From: the human T2T-CHM13v2.0 reference genome, Homo sapiens
Length of the DNA stretch: 64,000 nt
Strand: one strand, 5' to 3'
Assembly: GCF_009914755.1 (NCBI RefSeq)
Contig: NC_060935.1
This document shows, one piece after another, positions 42,359 through 55,899 of this stretch. The stretch's first letter is position 1. Every line of letters starts with the position of its first letter. Under the pieces are notes generated by a model. It saw only the letters and a program-made list of their open reading frames with translations. It ran no database searches and was not told the origin of the DNA. A program made the position numbers and the translations under genes.

Positions 42359-43635
42359 TCAGTCTTTAACTCTTGGTAGATTGTAAGCATAGCGCACCAA
42401 AGGGAATCCTCTACTCTGGTAGAAGCAGGCTCGTCCACAGGCCTGCACCTGGTCAGAACTGTCTGAGACAAAGGAATCTTCTTCATCTGCATAATCAGAG
42501 TGGGCCGACTGTGTGCCACAGTCGGACCAGTAGCCCTCAGGTCTTTGGCAAGAAGCCACTGCCAATGCAGGACAGCTGTGTGATTTTATCAAGTGTTTGC
42601 ATGATACTGGCTTTGTTAAAAGAAACGATTCGCAGCAGTCGCAAACAGTCAGGTTGCCCTGCAAATGTGAGTACATGCCACAGTCGTAGTAGAAATCCTG
42701 TTCCAGACAACCACCTTGGCTACTGATGGAAACTGAAACTGATCCACTTTTCTTGGTAACACGTCGCTTCAGTAACTTCCAGTCTTCTTTAAACTTTGGG
42801 TTGAAGAAAACATACAGGACTGGATTCAGGCAAGCAGGCAATGGAAAAAATATCAGAGTAACAGACTTCATTATTTCGGGGCTGATAGAGATTGCAGTGA
42901 TCAATGGTGCAAATGAAAAAAACGCCACAGGGCAGAAAAAGATGCAATTGGTGAAGATTAGCCAAGCGACATGCTTAATCATGCTAGATTGTGAGTTTTC
43001 TGAGAGGTCCTCTTTTTCCAAGTTGCAGTATAGCTTAGTGTAGATAACGGCCATTAATAAAAATGCTAGTGAGTTTAATAGCACTAACGTTACAGTGAAT
43101 CCTAATGATGGCGTTTCACCTGTAGGAAATGGCAAACAAAGGGGTGATGCAGAATATTCCCCTCTATGGAAAAGGGGAAAACAGCCTGCTACTGTAGCAC
43201 CTAGGAAAGCCAAAAGGGCAGCAACCCGGAACTGTTTGAGATGATTGCTCTTCCCATTTTTCATTATATCTTTTGCAGATAAGCTTCTTTCGACAGTTGC
43301 TAGCATTAATAAAAATATGGCACTTTCTGAGGAGAAAACTGCAAGAAACCCAGCTACTTTGCAGCCACTGCCAGTTTCCCACCAAATGCCAAATTCAGCG
43401 AATCTGCCCCAGGACACAGCATCAAGAAAAGTTAGGATGCCAGTATAGATTCCCATGAATAAGTTAGACACAGAAATCAAGCCTATAAACAATTTGGACG
43501 AAGGCAGTGATGTACAAGATGCAAATGTTGTTAAAATAACAAGCAGGTTGAAAAATAATGCAACCAAGAAAATGAACCACACAGTAAGACGAATCATCCA
43601 GCTTCCCAGTAAATATTCACAGGGCTTAAAAGCAC
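42359..43635 (-). CDS. LGR4: LGR4 exon 18: end of hinge, seven TM helices and Cys-rich C-tail (GAFKPCEYLLGSW...YAYNLPRVKD*)
   Basis: Within the 442-aa ORF; FKPCE motif, ERS at the DRY position, PACLNPVLY; acceptor tttag|GT; TGA at 42359-42361. Confidence 0.99.
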
Positions 43636-45819
43636 CTAAAAAAAACACACACAGAGAGAGAGAAATAAAAGATAACTTAGAAAACAATTTAGAAAATGAT
43701 ATGGCTTGATAGAAAAACTAATGATATAGACTAATTAAATCTGCTCTCTACTTGAACAAAACTGAACTGATTACTAGTTCTAAGATATTTTGGTCATGGA
43801 CCAGGCTATTTTAAAAATAAACTGACTTTAATTTATTTTATTAAATATTTGGTAAGGCTATAAATATTTCTTTTATTAAATATTTGATAAAGAGTGATAT
43901 TTAGATGAAATTTTTCATTTTTTCTTGCATCTAAGCTAATTTACATAGCACAATATCTAGGGCATAAGAGGTATTTGATGACTGAGGGTCTGGAATGAGA
44001 TGGTTCATAACTTGCTATTCTTACCTTAAGAAAGCAACTTAAAATTGTATAAATTTTAACCTGTATTCATTTTCTCACTTGTGGATAATAATGCCTGTTT
44101 CATACAGTTGTGCAGCTTAAGTAAAATTATACACATAAGGAACTAAGCAGGATGCTGGATATATAGTTAGACTTCAATAAATATTAGCTCCCTTTTCTTC
44201 TTCCTTTCTAGCCCCAATATACTTTATAATCATGTATGTATATGTATGTATCTACACATATTTTTTATATATTTTCTTATGACTTTCAAAAGCAACCTGA
44301 TGAAGCAGGTTAAGACAGTATAATTATCCCCATTTTTCATCCAGAGAAACTGATATTTCAAAGAAACTGACAAAGGCCATTCAGTAAGATAATATAGCTA
44401 GGACTACACCTCGGTGATGTTAACTATTCATACAAAGCTATGTACAATAAAATCCTACATAATACAAACTAGCATTGCAAGAACTCATTCAGTCGCTGAA
44501 CTCCATGTTCCAGTAACTGACTTTGACATGCTAGTTATGACACAAATTACAACTGTTTTACTGAAAAATTAGAAAAGAAAAACAAGATTTTGACTATGAA
44601 ACACAAGAAAACTATGTATTACAACTGTCTAAAAAACATGTTTTATGAACTGTCATGAAAATGACATATCCAATAAAATGTTTTAAATTGTTAAGATATT
44701 CACAGACCTCAAAAGCCAGTTCTGCATCATTTATCAGGCTTCCAAATAATACAAGAAACTCTTATTTTAAATTTCCTTTCTATTCCCCCTTCAGGAAGTG
44801 CTAAGAGAAAGCTCGTTATCACCTTTATCTCTGTTATCTAAACTCATCCTTCATGGAAGGAGGGGTAGCTCATCTACCTGAGAGAATAGGATACCTTTTG
44901 AGAACCCTTTTATGGGTGAGAAAGGTTACTTTTCCAAAAAAGCCTGGGAAGCAGCCTCCACCGTCCCTGTCTTTGGAAGCCTGCTGCCTCCTCTGGTGCT
45001 AACAGAAGGATCCCAGCTCTCCTCCACTTCCTGCTTCTGCAGCAAGCACATCAGTGTCTGTGTGTTACTACAGCTGAGTAGGGGGAGGCAGGCCTGCATT
45101 TCATCCCCATGGCAGCCCAAGGAGATGAGCTCAGACCAGCTTTCCTCCTGGCCAATCTCCAAGTTTACATTTGGGGTGGAAGAAATGGAAACGCTGCATG
45201 TTGAAGTCCAGCCCCCCCTTTAATAAACCTGTTCCCTTCTCATTGGATCATCAGTTCTTTATGTACATTCTCTGGCACATGAACTCCAGTGAGACAAGTA
45301 AGCAAGCTGCACCCCAACCTTTAAAAATTAATATAGACACTAACACACAATAAAATAAATTACATACACTTAGATGATTCTTGCCAACTGCATTCACTTA
45401 TCTAGTAACTTAGAGCTTATTCTCTACAAAAGAAAGTATTCATAAAATACATACGCAGCCCCTTAAGAAGCTCACAATTCAGCAGCAATCACTAGTGAAT
45501 CCATAATACTTATAATTCCGAGTCATAAAATTAATGTCCAGATTATCCTGTGATATTATACCAACAAAGGAATCTACTTTGTAGCACACAATTTGACTAA
45601 AATATTTAAGCCTTCCTTTTACAGTAAAATTATAAATACATCTTCTCTAGTAGATTAGGCAGACTATGACAATCATGACCAAATATGTGGTATCAGTTTA
45701 ATAACTTTCCCAAGACTACGAAGTTCAATGAAGTAAATGAGGGGAAATAAGGAAAGGCAAGGCTACATTAAGCACACACATACAATCTGCATAGACTACT
45801 AACTTACAGAATTAGTCCC

Positions 45820-45950
45820 AGAGTTAAAGGAGCATTAAGAAAGTGCCTCTGAAATTCTAACGTGTACAACCTTCACCTGGGGGAGCTTGTTAACATGCAG
45901 ATTCTGATTCAGTAGGTCTGGGCCTGAGATTCTGCAAAAAATTCCTAAGC
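45820..45950. mobile_element. MER5A-like hAT relic
   Basis: cacctggggagcttgtt..atgcagattctgattcagtaggtctgggcctgagattctgca. Confidence 0.65.
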
Positions 45951-46106
45951 TGCTGGCTGGTACGCAAAGCACAAAATCAGAAGGCCTCACAGGATCCTCT
46001 AGTACCATCCCTATTACAGAAATCACATCTATACCCAGGACATTTAGATATATTTGCCTAATGTTTGTTTAACATGGGTAACTGTGAAAAAATAGGCCAG
46101 GCATAC

Positions 46107-46190
46107 CTGTTGAAGGTGTACAATGGATAATTATTTGACTATGTTCTTCATTTTCAAGAGTGCTTGTGACATTTGCTGCATCAGCAGTAC
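46107..46190 (-). CDS. LGR4: LGR4 exon 17: (G)TADAANVTSTLENEEHSQIIIHCTPST(G)
   Basis: ttcag|GT acceptor, ACAG|gtatgc donor, 84 nt. Confidence 0.96.
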
Positions 46191-46344
46191 CTGAACATAT
46201 AACACAAAGCATGTTTAATTAAAACCTTATGCAACTCAAAAGAACCATATTTTCCTGCAATTTTCTCTGTATATAAGTGTGAGTTCTCCTTATAGAAGGT
46301 TCAATAACATATTAAAGATGCTGGTAGCATAGTGAATGCCATTG

Positions 46345-46756
<412 letters not shown>

Positions 46757-46774
46757 TAAAACTCATGCACTTGC

Positions 46775-46890
46775 CTTTCTCCTGTGCCACACTGTGGTCC
46801 TGGAGGCTGTTATCTTCTGTGTTTAAATTTGCATAAGAGTCACAACCCCAAAATGCACAGCACTGATAAGCATATGGTACTGATAAAGAC
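46775..46890 (-). CDS. LGR4: LGR4 exon 16: (R)SLSVPYAYQCCAFWGCDSYANLNTEDNSLQDHSVAQEK(G)
   Basis: PYAYQCCAF LRRCT motif; ccag|G acceptor; non-canonical AAG|gcaagt donor; 116 nt keeps frame. Confidence 0.95.
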
Positions 46891-47360
46891 CTGGAAAAAA
46901 AAGTTGTAAAATCTACACTGAACAGCAACTCCGCAGTTATGGTTTTGTTTTGTAAAAGTATTTTAAACTTTGAAAACCTCAGCCTAGGAGTCAGAAAGAT
47001 CTGTCATGTGCTTTAGGCTGGTCGTTCATCCTCTCTGGGCCTCAGTTTCCTCATCTGTGAAAACAGCTCTGGTATCAGATGACAACGAGACTTTCTCCCT
47101 TTCTATAAGATCTCTCTTAACAGTTGGATGTAAATCAAACTGTTTAAAATTTAACAGCAGTACTGTAATTTAAAGTAATATCTTATGACTCCTTTTATAA
47201 ATGTATTAACTATGCACAATTTATCATACGAAACTGATAGTTTCACTTAAAATTAATGCCCCAGGTCATTTGTGACTTTATACCATTAAATATATTTACT
47301 TGGTTTAAATAAATGTAATGAAAATATTTATTCTCTTCTCCAACAATAATATTCTCTCTC

Positions 47361-47652
47361 TTTTTTTAGAGACAGGGTCTTGCCCTGTCACCCAGGCTAT
47401 AGTGTAATGGCGCAATCACAGCTCAGTGCAGCCTAGAACTCCCAGGCTGAAGTGATCCTCCCATTTCAGCCTCCCAAGTAGCTGGGACTACAGGCACGTG
47501 CCACCACATCCAGCTAACTTTTATATTTTTTGTAGAGACAGGGTCTCAGCATGTTGCCCAGGCTGGTCTTGAACTGCTGGTGTCAAGTGATCAGCACACC
47601 TTGGCCTTCCCCAAAGTACTGGGATTACAGGTGCGAGCCACCACACTCGGCC
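47361..47652 (-). mobile_element. Alu (AluJ-like) in LGR4 intron 15
   Basis: Reverse Alu dimer. Confidence 0.93.
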
Positions 47653-48041
47653 TCGTAACAATACTCTCTATTATATTTAATGCAGTCCCCCATAACTCTA
47701 AAACCTTCATGAAGTATTATAGCATTGTTTTCTGCAGGTTCACATTTACATGGTTTCTGCCATCTTATTGCTAATGAAAAGTCCACTGTATTAAAAAACC
47801 ATTCTGGTGAATAGCTGTATTATCTCTTTGAGGCCATCAAGGGCTCCAGTTCACATTCTTAAAGACTGTGGAATAATGTTCATATTCTATTTTTCACCAA
47901 ATTTGCAAAGACTGACGTAGAAAACACCCTTAAATTATAGCCTATCAGAAAATCTGAGAACCAGAGCAAAAAACCAGGACACTCTGTAATTTTGGAGCCT
48001 ACCATAACTTCAACAAAAAAGAAAAATAAGCAAAAACACAC

Positions 48042-48167
48042 CTGAGGTTAACAAAGTCTTTTGCTGCTAAGGCTTCTTTCAGCTTGAAGTTGCCCACAAG
48101 TTTCAGTTGATTTAGCCCATTCAGGCCTTCCGTAGGAAAGGAAGTTAATTCATTGAAACTTACATCT
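48042..48167 (-). CDS. LGR4: LGR4 exon 15: DVSFNELTSFPTEGLNGLNQLKLVGNFKLKEALAAKDFVNL(R)
   Basis: tttag|A acceptor, CAG|gtgtgt donor, 126 nt. Confidence 0.96.
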
Positions 48168-48465
48168 CTAAAATATGAATGAGACTTCAAGTTAATGCCC
48201 AATATATAAATCACATAAAAACATCTGTACACGTATTAACATCATAAATATTAGATCCCTAAGATGAAGTTCAAGTGGGGGTGCTAAAATTATAGTTCTA
48301 GCATGTATCTTGCCATTTAAAAAGACTTTTACTATAAATACAGCTTAGCATTTATACAAGGGAATAACTAAACAGAAAAATATTTTGATTCGACAATGTT
48401 AAAACAGATGTTTCTATAGCACTAGTTACTACTTTCATGACATTACTGCATAATCATCCACTTAC

Positions 48466-48537
48466 AGGTTAGTTATTGGCCCAAGTGTGGCAAAAGCTCT
48501 ACTGTGAATTTCATGTATCAGGTTTCTACTCAGATCT
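48466..48537 (-). CDS. LGR4: LGR4 exon 14 (LRR): DLSRNLIHEIHSRAFATLGPITN(L)
   Basis: tgcag|A and CT|gtaag, 72 nt. Confidence 0.96.
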
Positions 48538-49492
48538 CTGCAATTATAAGAGTAACATGTTAATCTTTCAAATAAACACTCAGAATGCCACTTACTTAGA
48601 CTATACTTTAGAATTAGAGGTAGTAACACAATATCGCTGATAAGATAACAAAGATCTTCAATCTTGGCCAGCAATATTTTTTCATGTTTATGTTGAATGC
48701 CTCTCCTTCACAACAATCTATTTCTTGGAATATGTTCTGTACAGCAGTAATTCTAGCTGGCATCTGTTTCAAAACAGGTGTGAATTTTCCCACTTTATCA
48801 TTCTGATACCAATTCAAAAATATAAATGATATGATATAACCTTTGGTACTGCTAACTCAGTGAGGAAAAGCTCAGTTTCTGAAAAAGCTGAAAATAAAAA
48901 CAGACTTCGTATTGTTTGCCTTCTCAAAGGTTAGTGATAAGGCCCCGAGAGAAGACAAACAATCAATATGCAAACAAGAGCATTCCAGGAGGGCTGCAGA
49001 TACCCTTCTTTTCCTAAGCACGATATAAAAATTGCATCAACAGTACAGCCAGCTCCGTATTCAGGAACACACCCTGAGAAATTCTGATATTATAGAATTA
49101 ATAAAACAGAAATAATCTACAAACACACTTACACTGAACCTTAAAGGAAATTTAAACATTGAGTAAATTCATTCTGAGACATATTTCCTAGATAACAAGG
49201 AAACTCAACACACTTGGTTCCAAATCACGAAAAGACCAGCTTCTTATTGTCACTTATCAGTTTCTAAAAGTGATGGCAACTAGGAGCCAGTCTTCTTCCC
49301 TATGACTGCCCAGGCTTACACAAAGTTAGTCCACAACTTGAGATGATCCAGCAACCCAACTACCAATTAAATAGTTTCTAGTAGAGTACATGTCATATTT
49401 CTTAAAGGGGATATACTAAAAAACTGTATTCAATATATGTAATTTCATTCACTATCAATTTTTCAAACTTTTTCTATAATAGAAAAATGTTG

Positions 49493-49821
49493 TGCTGGGC
49501 AAGGTGGCTCACACCTGTAATCCAAACACTTTGGGAGGCCAAGGTGGGTGGATCACTTGAGCTCAGGAGTTTGAGACAAGCCTGGGCAACATAGGGAGAC
49601 CCCATCTCTACCAAAAAAAAAAAAAAGAAAAAAATTAGCTGGAGATTGTGGTGTGCACCTGTAGTCCCTCAGCTATTCAGGAGGTTGAGGCAGGAGGATT
49701 GTTTGAGCTCAGGCGTTGGAGGATGCAGTGAGCTGTGATTACACCACTGCATTCTAGCCTGAGCGACAAGAGTGAGAGACCCTGTCTCAAAAAAAAAAAA
49801 AAAAGAAAAAGAAAAGAAAAA
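49493..49821 (+). mobile_element. Alu (AluJ-like) in LGR4 intron 13
   Basis: Full Alu; TSD AGAAAAATGTT. Confidence 0.94.
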
Positions 49822-50020
49822 TGTTCATTAATTTAGTGTACTATGTTTCTGTGCTAAAGTTCTAGGAAGATAGTGAGTGGCAAGGTTTGTCTCAGTCACC
49901 TCTATATTCCCAAGTGCTTATGAGAGTACCTGGAACAAATATGTAGTCAAATACAAATGATTTTTTAAGTAAGTGCTTCTGTGGCTTATGAACTCTATTT
50001 GTCATGATAGGTACTCCAGT

Positions 50021-50250
50021 GCAGGGGTCAGCAAACTTCTTCTGTAGAAGGCCAGATAGTAAATATTTTCACCTTTGTGAGTCATATACTCTCCGCTGCA
50101 ACTACTCAATTCTGCTATAGTGGGGTGAGAGCAGCTTTAGACGGCACTTTAATAATAAAGGCCTGGCAGTGTTCAATTAAACTTAATTGATAAACCAGGA
50201 AGCAGGCTGGATGTGGCCCATGGGCTGTAGTCTGCCTACCCTTGCCCTAA
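50021..50250. mobile_element. MER58A-like hAT relic
   Basis: CAGGGGTCAGCAAACT..aaggccagatagtaaatatttt..caactactcaattctgc. Confidence 0.8.
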
Positions 50251-50430
50251 TGAATTGGCAAACCTCACTATTATAACTTGAAAACAAACAAGCTACATCA
50301 CTTCAGTTATACACATTACACATTTTTCTACTTGCCAATGTACAATTAGCTAAAGTAAAAAATATTGAAAGATTATTTATAAAGTTGCAAGTCTAAAAAT
50401 CTTGCAATGTCTAAATAATATTTTAGGTAA

Positions 50431-50736
<306 letters not shown>

Positions 50737-50788
50737 TAACATAGTTTGGAAAAAATTTATTGTCTTTAATAATCATAGACAAACTTAC

Positions 50789-50860
50789 AGAATCCTTAGA
50801 GATATCAGGCCTTGAAAGGTGCCTTCCTTTATTTGGTAGATTTGATTACGCTGTAAAGAA
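50789..50860 (-). CDS. LGR4: LGR4 exon 13 (LRR): SLQRNQIYQIKEGTFQGLISLRI(L)
   Basis: tttag|T and CT|gtaag, 72 nt. Confidence 0.96.
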
Positions 50861-51647
50861 CTAAATAAAAAAAGAAGAAGAAAGAAGACGAAGACAAAGA
50901 CAAAGAAGAGAACAGGAGGAGGAGGAAAGAGAAAGGGATAGAGAAAAAGAAAAAAGTTACTTTCTATTTTGAAAAATAACATTATAACATTTCTTAGTTG
51001 AGTTTTTTCTAAATTTAAATAACTATTCTTATGTAACAGTGATCTTGTTGAAAGAGAATTGCCCTTTTCTCATCTATAAAATGAAAGAGACTAATTGGTA
51101 TTTCATCCCATATTATACTGGGAATTAACTGGTATGCTATCTAAATTCCCCCATCAACCCCACTCAGGCATAAGAGAAGGAAGATGATGCAGGGAGAAAA
51201 GGAACCAAGACAACACAACTATGACAAATACCGTAGGAATAAAGTTACAGGACTACATAGAGTTAAAATGGGAGAATTAATGCCTCCCCCTTCCCATCTC
51301 CCAACCAGCTTCCACCAGAGCTGTGCAACACAGGACATGATGGGAACTGGCATTCATGTCTGGTTTCCCTCAATAGCTGGACAAGTTTTTGTCTTCTATT
51401 TCTTTTAAATATACACTAACTTCCAACTCCCCCCCGCATAGCGTTTCATGGGATGCCTGATAGCTAAGTGCCTAATACATGCTGGTTGCATGAACACATC
51501 TGGTTCAATTTGACATGTTATTTATGGGAACATCTGATTACAGGAATTTCTAATTTCTTACTATTAAAGCCATCTATTAAAAATACGAAATGCTCAACAA
51601 ACTAACAATACACCACAACAAAAGGAATAAGTCAAAGACCAACTCAC

Positions 51648-51713
51648 ATTTCTTCCAGAGCATGGCAACCATTAAAACTTGGAAGGTCTCTTATATTATT
51701 GTAAGACAAGTCC
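51648..51713 (-). CDS. LGR4: LGR4 exon 12 (LRR): DLSYNNIRDLPSFNGCHALEE(I)
   Basis: ttaag|G and AT|gtgagt, 66 nt. Confidence 0.96.
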
Positions 51714-52307
51714 CTTAAAACAATGGAAATTAACAAATTAATGCTATGTTATCAGAGTATTATATTAAAAGAGTGGTACTCAGAAGCGTTGAAAGCAGAG
51801 CTAAGATAAGTAATAAAGAGATATGCCTGAATAAGAAAAACAAGTCTTTTTTCCTAAGACTTGTCAGCTTCTCAAATACCTCAGTGATACAATAAGCCTA
51901 AGATTGATAAAGTTCAAGAATATATTGTTGAGCATAGACACTAATATATGTAAAAATACATTTCTATAAAGTATATATATAAAGTACATAACATAAATAT
52001 ATAAAATTAAATATGCAAATATAGAAAAATATACAAAATATATAAAATTTAAGTGGTAAAGCTACATTTTTTTAAATTTGTATTTATACGGTTTAAAAAT
52101 TTGTATTTTTTCAATATTGTTTATCCCATAAATAACTTATATGTTCTTTTGTTGAAAAGCTCTAAGAGAAATGGTATGCTTATCAACATTTTAAAAAACA
52201 GTTATATTACATCAAACACCAGAACTAGTTAACTTTCAGTCCCACTGCAGTTTTTCCTCAACAGTGATCATTATGTTTAAGTTTGATACACCACTACATC
52301 ACTAAAT

Positions 52308-52645
52308 TATAGTCATGACCCAAATAACAGTTTTGGTCAATGACAGACACCATATACAATGATATGGTCCCATAAGAGTATAATACCATATTTCTGCTCC
52401 AACTTTTCTATGTTTAGATATACAAATATTTACTATTATGTTACAACTGCCTACAGTATTCAGTACAGTATTATGCTGTACAGGTTTGTAGGCTAGGAGT
52501 AACAGATTATATCATATAGCCCAGGTGTGTAGAAGAAACCACCGAGGTTTGTGTAAGCATACTCTATGATTTTCACACAATGACAAAATTGCCCCATGAC
52601 ACATTTCTTAGAATGTATTCCTATTGTTAAGTGGATGTGTGACTT
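52308..52645. mobile_element. Tigger3a/MER7A-like TcMar DNA transposon
   Basis: ggtcccataaga..tgcctacagtattcagtacagta..tgctgtacaggtttgtag core. Confidence 0.8.
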
Positions 52646-53186
52646 TACTTGCTTAATCAATCAGTCATTTATTTTGTTACTATCTCCTGCCACTGAGTAC
52701 TTATTAACAACTTAATAACTTAATCGTTTATTCTGGAGACATTTTTACATCCTTTATTTACTTTTAGTTTCTAGGTCAGCCTAAAGTTTTTAGAAAGCGA
52801 CAAGCTTTAGTTCATTCCAGACTGAATAAAGAGTTAGGCTCTGCTTAGGCTGCAGATGAAAGAAGGAGACTATGAGGAGAGATACCCCTGGAGAAACTAG
52901 AATAAAGACAAAGAGCAGGATGAGAAAAAATGAAGAAAGAACCTATCTTGGTTTTACTTTGTTCAAAATAAAGTCACAAGTATATGATATATTCAAAACC
53001 CTAAAACCTAATTCAAATGCACATTACCCACCCTGGAGATGACTCAAATATCTGCTCCTTTACAACAACTAAGAAGTAATTATACCTCAAAACCACCTTA
53101 TGAAAGTAGATCCTTAAAATAAAATTGAACATGTGTGAATATATAAACAAAAGGTATGAGGGGAAGGGAAGAAGAATCCAACTTAC

Positions 53187-53258
53187 AAAGTCCTAAGCAT
53201 CTTTTGTTCTTGACACAAATTATTAGGTATGCTGCTTATCTTTGTACCTGTCAAAGTC
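53187..53258 (-). CDS. LGR4: LGR4 exon 11 (LRR): TLTGTKISSIPNNLCQEQKMLRT(L)
   Basis: ccgcag|G and TT|gtaagt, 72 nt. Confidence 0.96.
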
Positions 53259-54014
53259 CTGCGGAAAAACATTATTCATGTAAGAAATAATTCAACTCAA
53301 GATAGTAAGCAAAATTTATTCCCATATAGAATAAGTGCTCACATATTTACATATGGACTAGATTCTATACATCCCATGGCCTAATTATTCCATAAAGTTA
53401 GACATGCAAGAAGGTGAACTGAACCCCAATTCTGATATCATCTTCACAGTAACTCAAAAACACTTGTGACATTAGATGTTGATACTGGGCTTGATTTCCC
53501 ACATGGACCAGGAGGAAAACACTAATCTACAGTCACACAGTCTGATCACAGTTAATTGCAAGTTGTCACCTTCTTACACCCAAGACCTTTGAAACCAACT
53601 TGCATTCTGCCCCCAAATCTTGTTTCTGTCTTTTCTTTCAGTCAAACTGGCTCAGCATTTGAAAATGTTCTCTTATTCCCCTCCCTTCTGTAGTCTATCA
53701 CCAGTTCCTGTTATTTCTTCCTCTGTTGTGTTTCTAGCATCTAATTCTTTCAGAAAAAGAGTGAAGTGAGGCAGAGAGGGATAGAGGACTCTCAGACAGA
53801 CCATGCTATTTGTCCTGGTGCAAATCCAGTGATGGATTAAAGACCTGGAGCTGTCATAATTCAATGTGTTCATCTGGTCAGGTAGACTATTCCCACAGCC
53901 GCCTCACTGTTCTCCCCATCTCTAGTCTCTTTCTCCTTACCCTCCTCACATTACCTGCTTAAACATTCTCAACACCTCCAACTGCCTTAAGAGTCAAGTT
54001 TAAACTCCTTACCT

Positions 54015-54212
54015 CAGTGCTTCCCAAATTCTTTTTTAAAAAATATCTTGTCACATGTGACCATTGTAACATTTAAATGGCACGCTGCAGTAAGACTCCT
54101 GTGGCTAGAGGCCCTAGCTGCCTCAGGCCCCAACTGACTGTCTGGAGGGCTGAGGTCATCAAGATCTTAAGTGCACCTGTAAACTCATGCACAGACCACT
54201 CACTGGGAAACT
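54015..54212. mobile_element. Possible hAT-Charlie MITE
   Basis: Ends CAGTGCTTCCCA ... TGGGAAACTG resemble Charlie-type terminal inverted repeats. Confidence 0.45.
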
Positions 54213-54757
54213 GCCACAACCAAATGTGCAACGTTCAAAGCTTGTCATTTCAAAGTCTAATACCAAACAATTCTCCGATTTCTCCATACCATCCCCATTC
54301 TATTATAAACATGCAATTCTAGCTATATTTGCTCATCTATATGCTATCTCTGAGAATACTTTTGGTATTTCCAGTTTTACTAATCCTGCCTTTTAAACAC
54401 TCAGCTCTGGGAAACCTGACAGTATTCAAACCTTCTACCTCCTCCGTGAAGCCTTCTGTGATAGTCTACATCGAATGCCCCCACTTCTAAATTCTGAAAG
54501 CACTGCTTCTAATTTGGCACTTTGTTACTGCCTTGTATTTTCTGTGAACCTTTCAGATCTTATCCACATAATCGGCTCTACTCTGCCTAAGCTCACTGAC
54601 CCCATACCCAATATATTCTTCTCCATGCATGATATATACAAAGGGAAACCGGAGGAATCAACATAAACCCATCATTGTCACTTAAAGACCCTGGCACCCT
54701 GCTAGCAGTCCAGTAGTGTTATCTTTATACAACCCCTCTTCAAAGGGCCTTACTTAC

Positions 54758-54826
54758 AGACTTTCCAGGTGGACAGTTCCTGTAAGATTGGGGAACTGCT
54801 GCACCATGCTTGCACCACGAATGACT
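54758..54826 (-). CDS. LGR4: LGR4 exon 10 (LRR): VIRGASMVQQFPNLTGTVHLES(L)
   Basis: ataaag|A and CT|gtaagt, 69 nt. Confidence 0.95.
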
Positions 54827-55126
54827 CTTTATGAAATTGAGAAAGACAAGGTAATTTTTAAATTTTGTTTCATATTTTAAGTTTTAAACAGTTTAAAATT
54901 ACAGTGCAACTATAACTAAAAATAAAACTAGTTTCATCTCTTGAATGTACTTGAAAGTATGATAATGTGGCAAAGTATTCACAAAAATAAGAACAATTAT
55001 AAATTCTGCCCAAGGGAGAAAAAAATTTTAAAGATTTTGTTTTCTGGAGTTCCAGTAATAAATTCTTGTTTTCCACTAAAACAACTGTATAAATATCCAG
55101 GTTTGTTTTTAAATTCACATACTTAC

Positions 55127-55198
55127 AGGGAATGAAGATCAGATAAATTGTGAAATGCTGAGTTCCCCACAAAAGACAGAGGATTATCATACAAATGT
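55127..55198 (-). CDS. LGR4: LGR4 exon 9 (LRR): [23 protein letters not shown](L)
   Basis: cacag|A and CT|gtaagt, 72 nt. Confidence 0.96.
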
Positions 55199-55381
55199 CT
55201 GTGAAAATATCCAAAAAAAGTAAAATTTTCATATGTTCACAAGCACTCTAATATTAACTCTATGTTCACAATGTACATATATCTAAAATCCTGACTTCTC
55301 ATTCTTTATCAGGGTGTTTGGCATTGTACGGACACAGCTTCACATAATTATACATTAAAAGAAACTTTCAAAAATACTTAC

Positions 55382-55453
55382 ATAGTTCTTAAGAGTGGAT
55401 TACCATCAAATGCTCCATCAGGGATAACAGAAATAGAATTACTATGAAATCCT
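55382..55453 (-). CDS. LGR4: LGR4 exon 8 (LRR): GFHSNSISVIPDGAFDGNPLLRT(I)
   Basis: ttctag|A and AT|gtaagt, 72 nt. Confidence 0.96.
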
Positions 55454-55899
55454 CTAGAAAGATAGGAGAAAAGTATTTTGAAATGCATTATCCTCTTGCG
55501 AAATAAAACCCAAGTATCTACTGCTGTTCAGCATTATATAAAATACAACTGATAATGACTACATGAAAATTTTCAAAAGCATAGGAAATCTCAAATTTTA
55601 ATTTTATTTTATCTTTTTCAGTATCATACCTAATTCTTTTTTAACCCACTGCTTAGCTTGGTATCTATCAGATCCCTCATATGCATTTATCTGTTGCTTC
55701 ATCATAAAAAAAAGCTTTAGACCATGAGAAACAGGTGTTCTAACCTCAAAATCTCTCTCACTGTAGCCTGTATTTAGCCTCTTGGCAATGCATCTTAGAA
55801 TGTTAACCATCAACTAGCTCATGACACACAGTCCCTGTTGTGCCATATACAGTCACTAACTCTACCCATGACAAACCCGACGTCCAGAATGTTCCCTCA

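Noticed and set aside
43636-43687. N-terminal MFSKLSFISLSLCVFFL of the 442-aa ORF as a signal peptide or single-exon GPCR
   Set aside because: It is the translated polypyrimidine tract of the exon 18 acceptor, and its start codon is not ATG.
42373-43709. Plus-strand ORFs antisense to LGR4 exon 18
   Set aside because: Shadow ORFs of a long coding exon, with no independent features.
44705-44719. 15-bp match GACCTCAAAAGCCAG to the outer end of the inverted-repeat arm (35160)
   Set aside because: No flanking homology; a single 15-mer match within 64 kb is compatible with chance.
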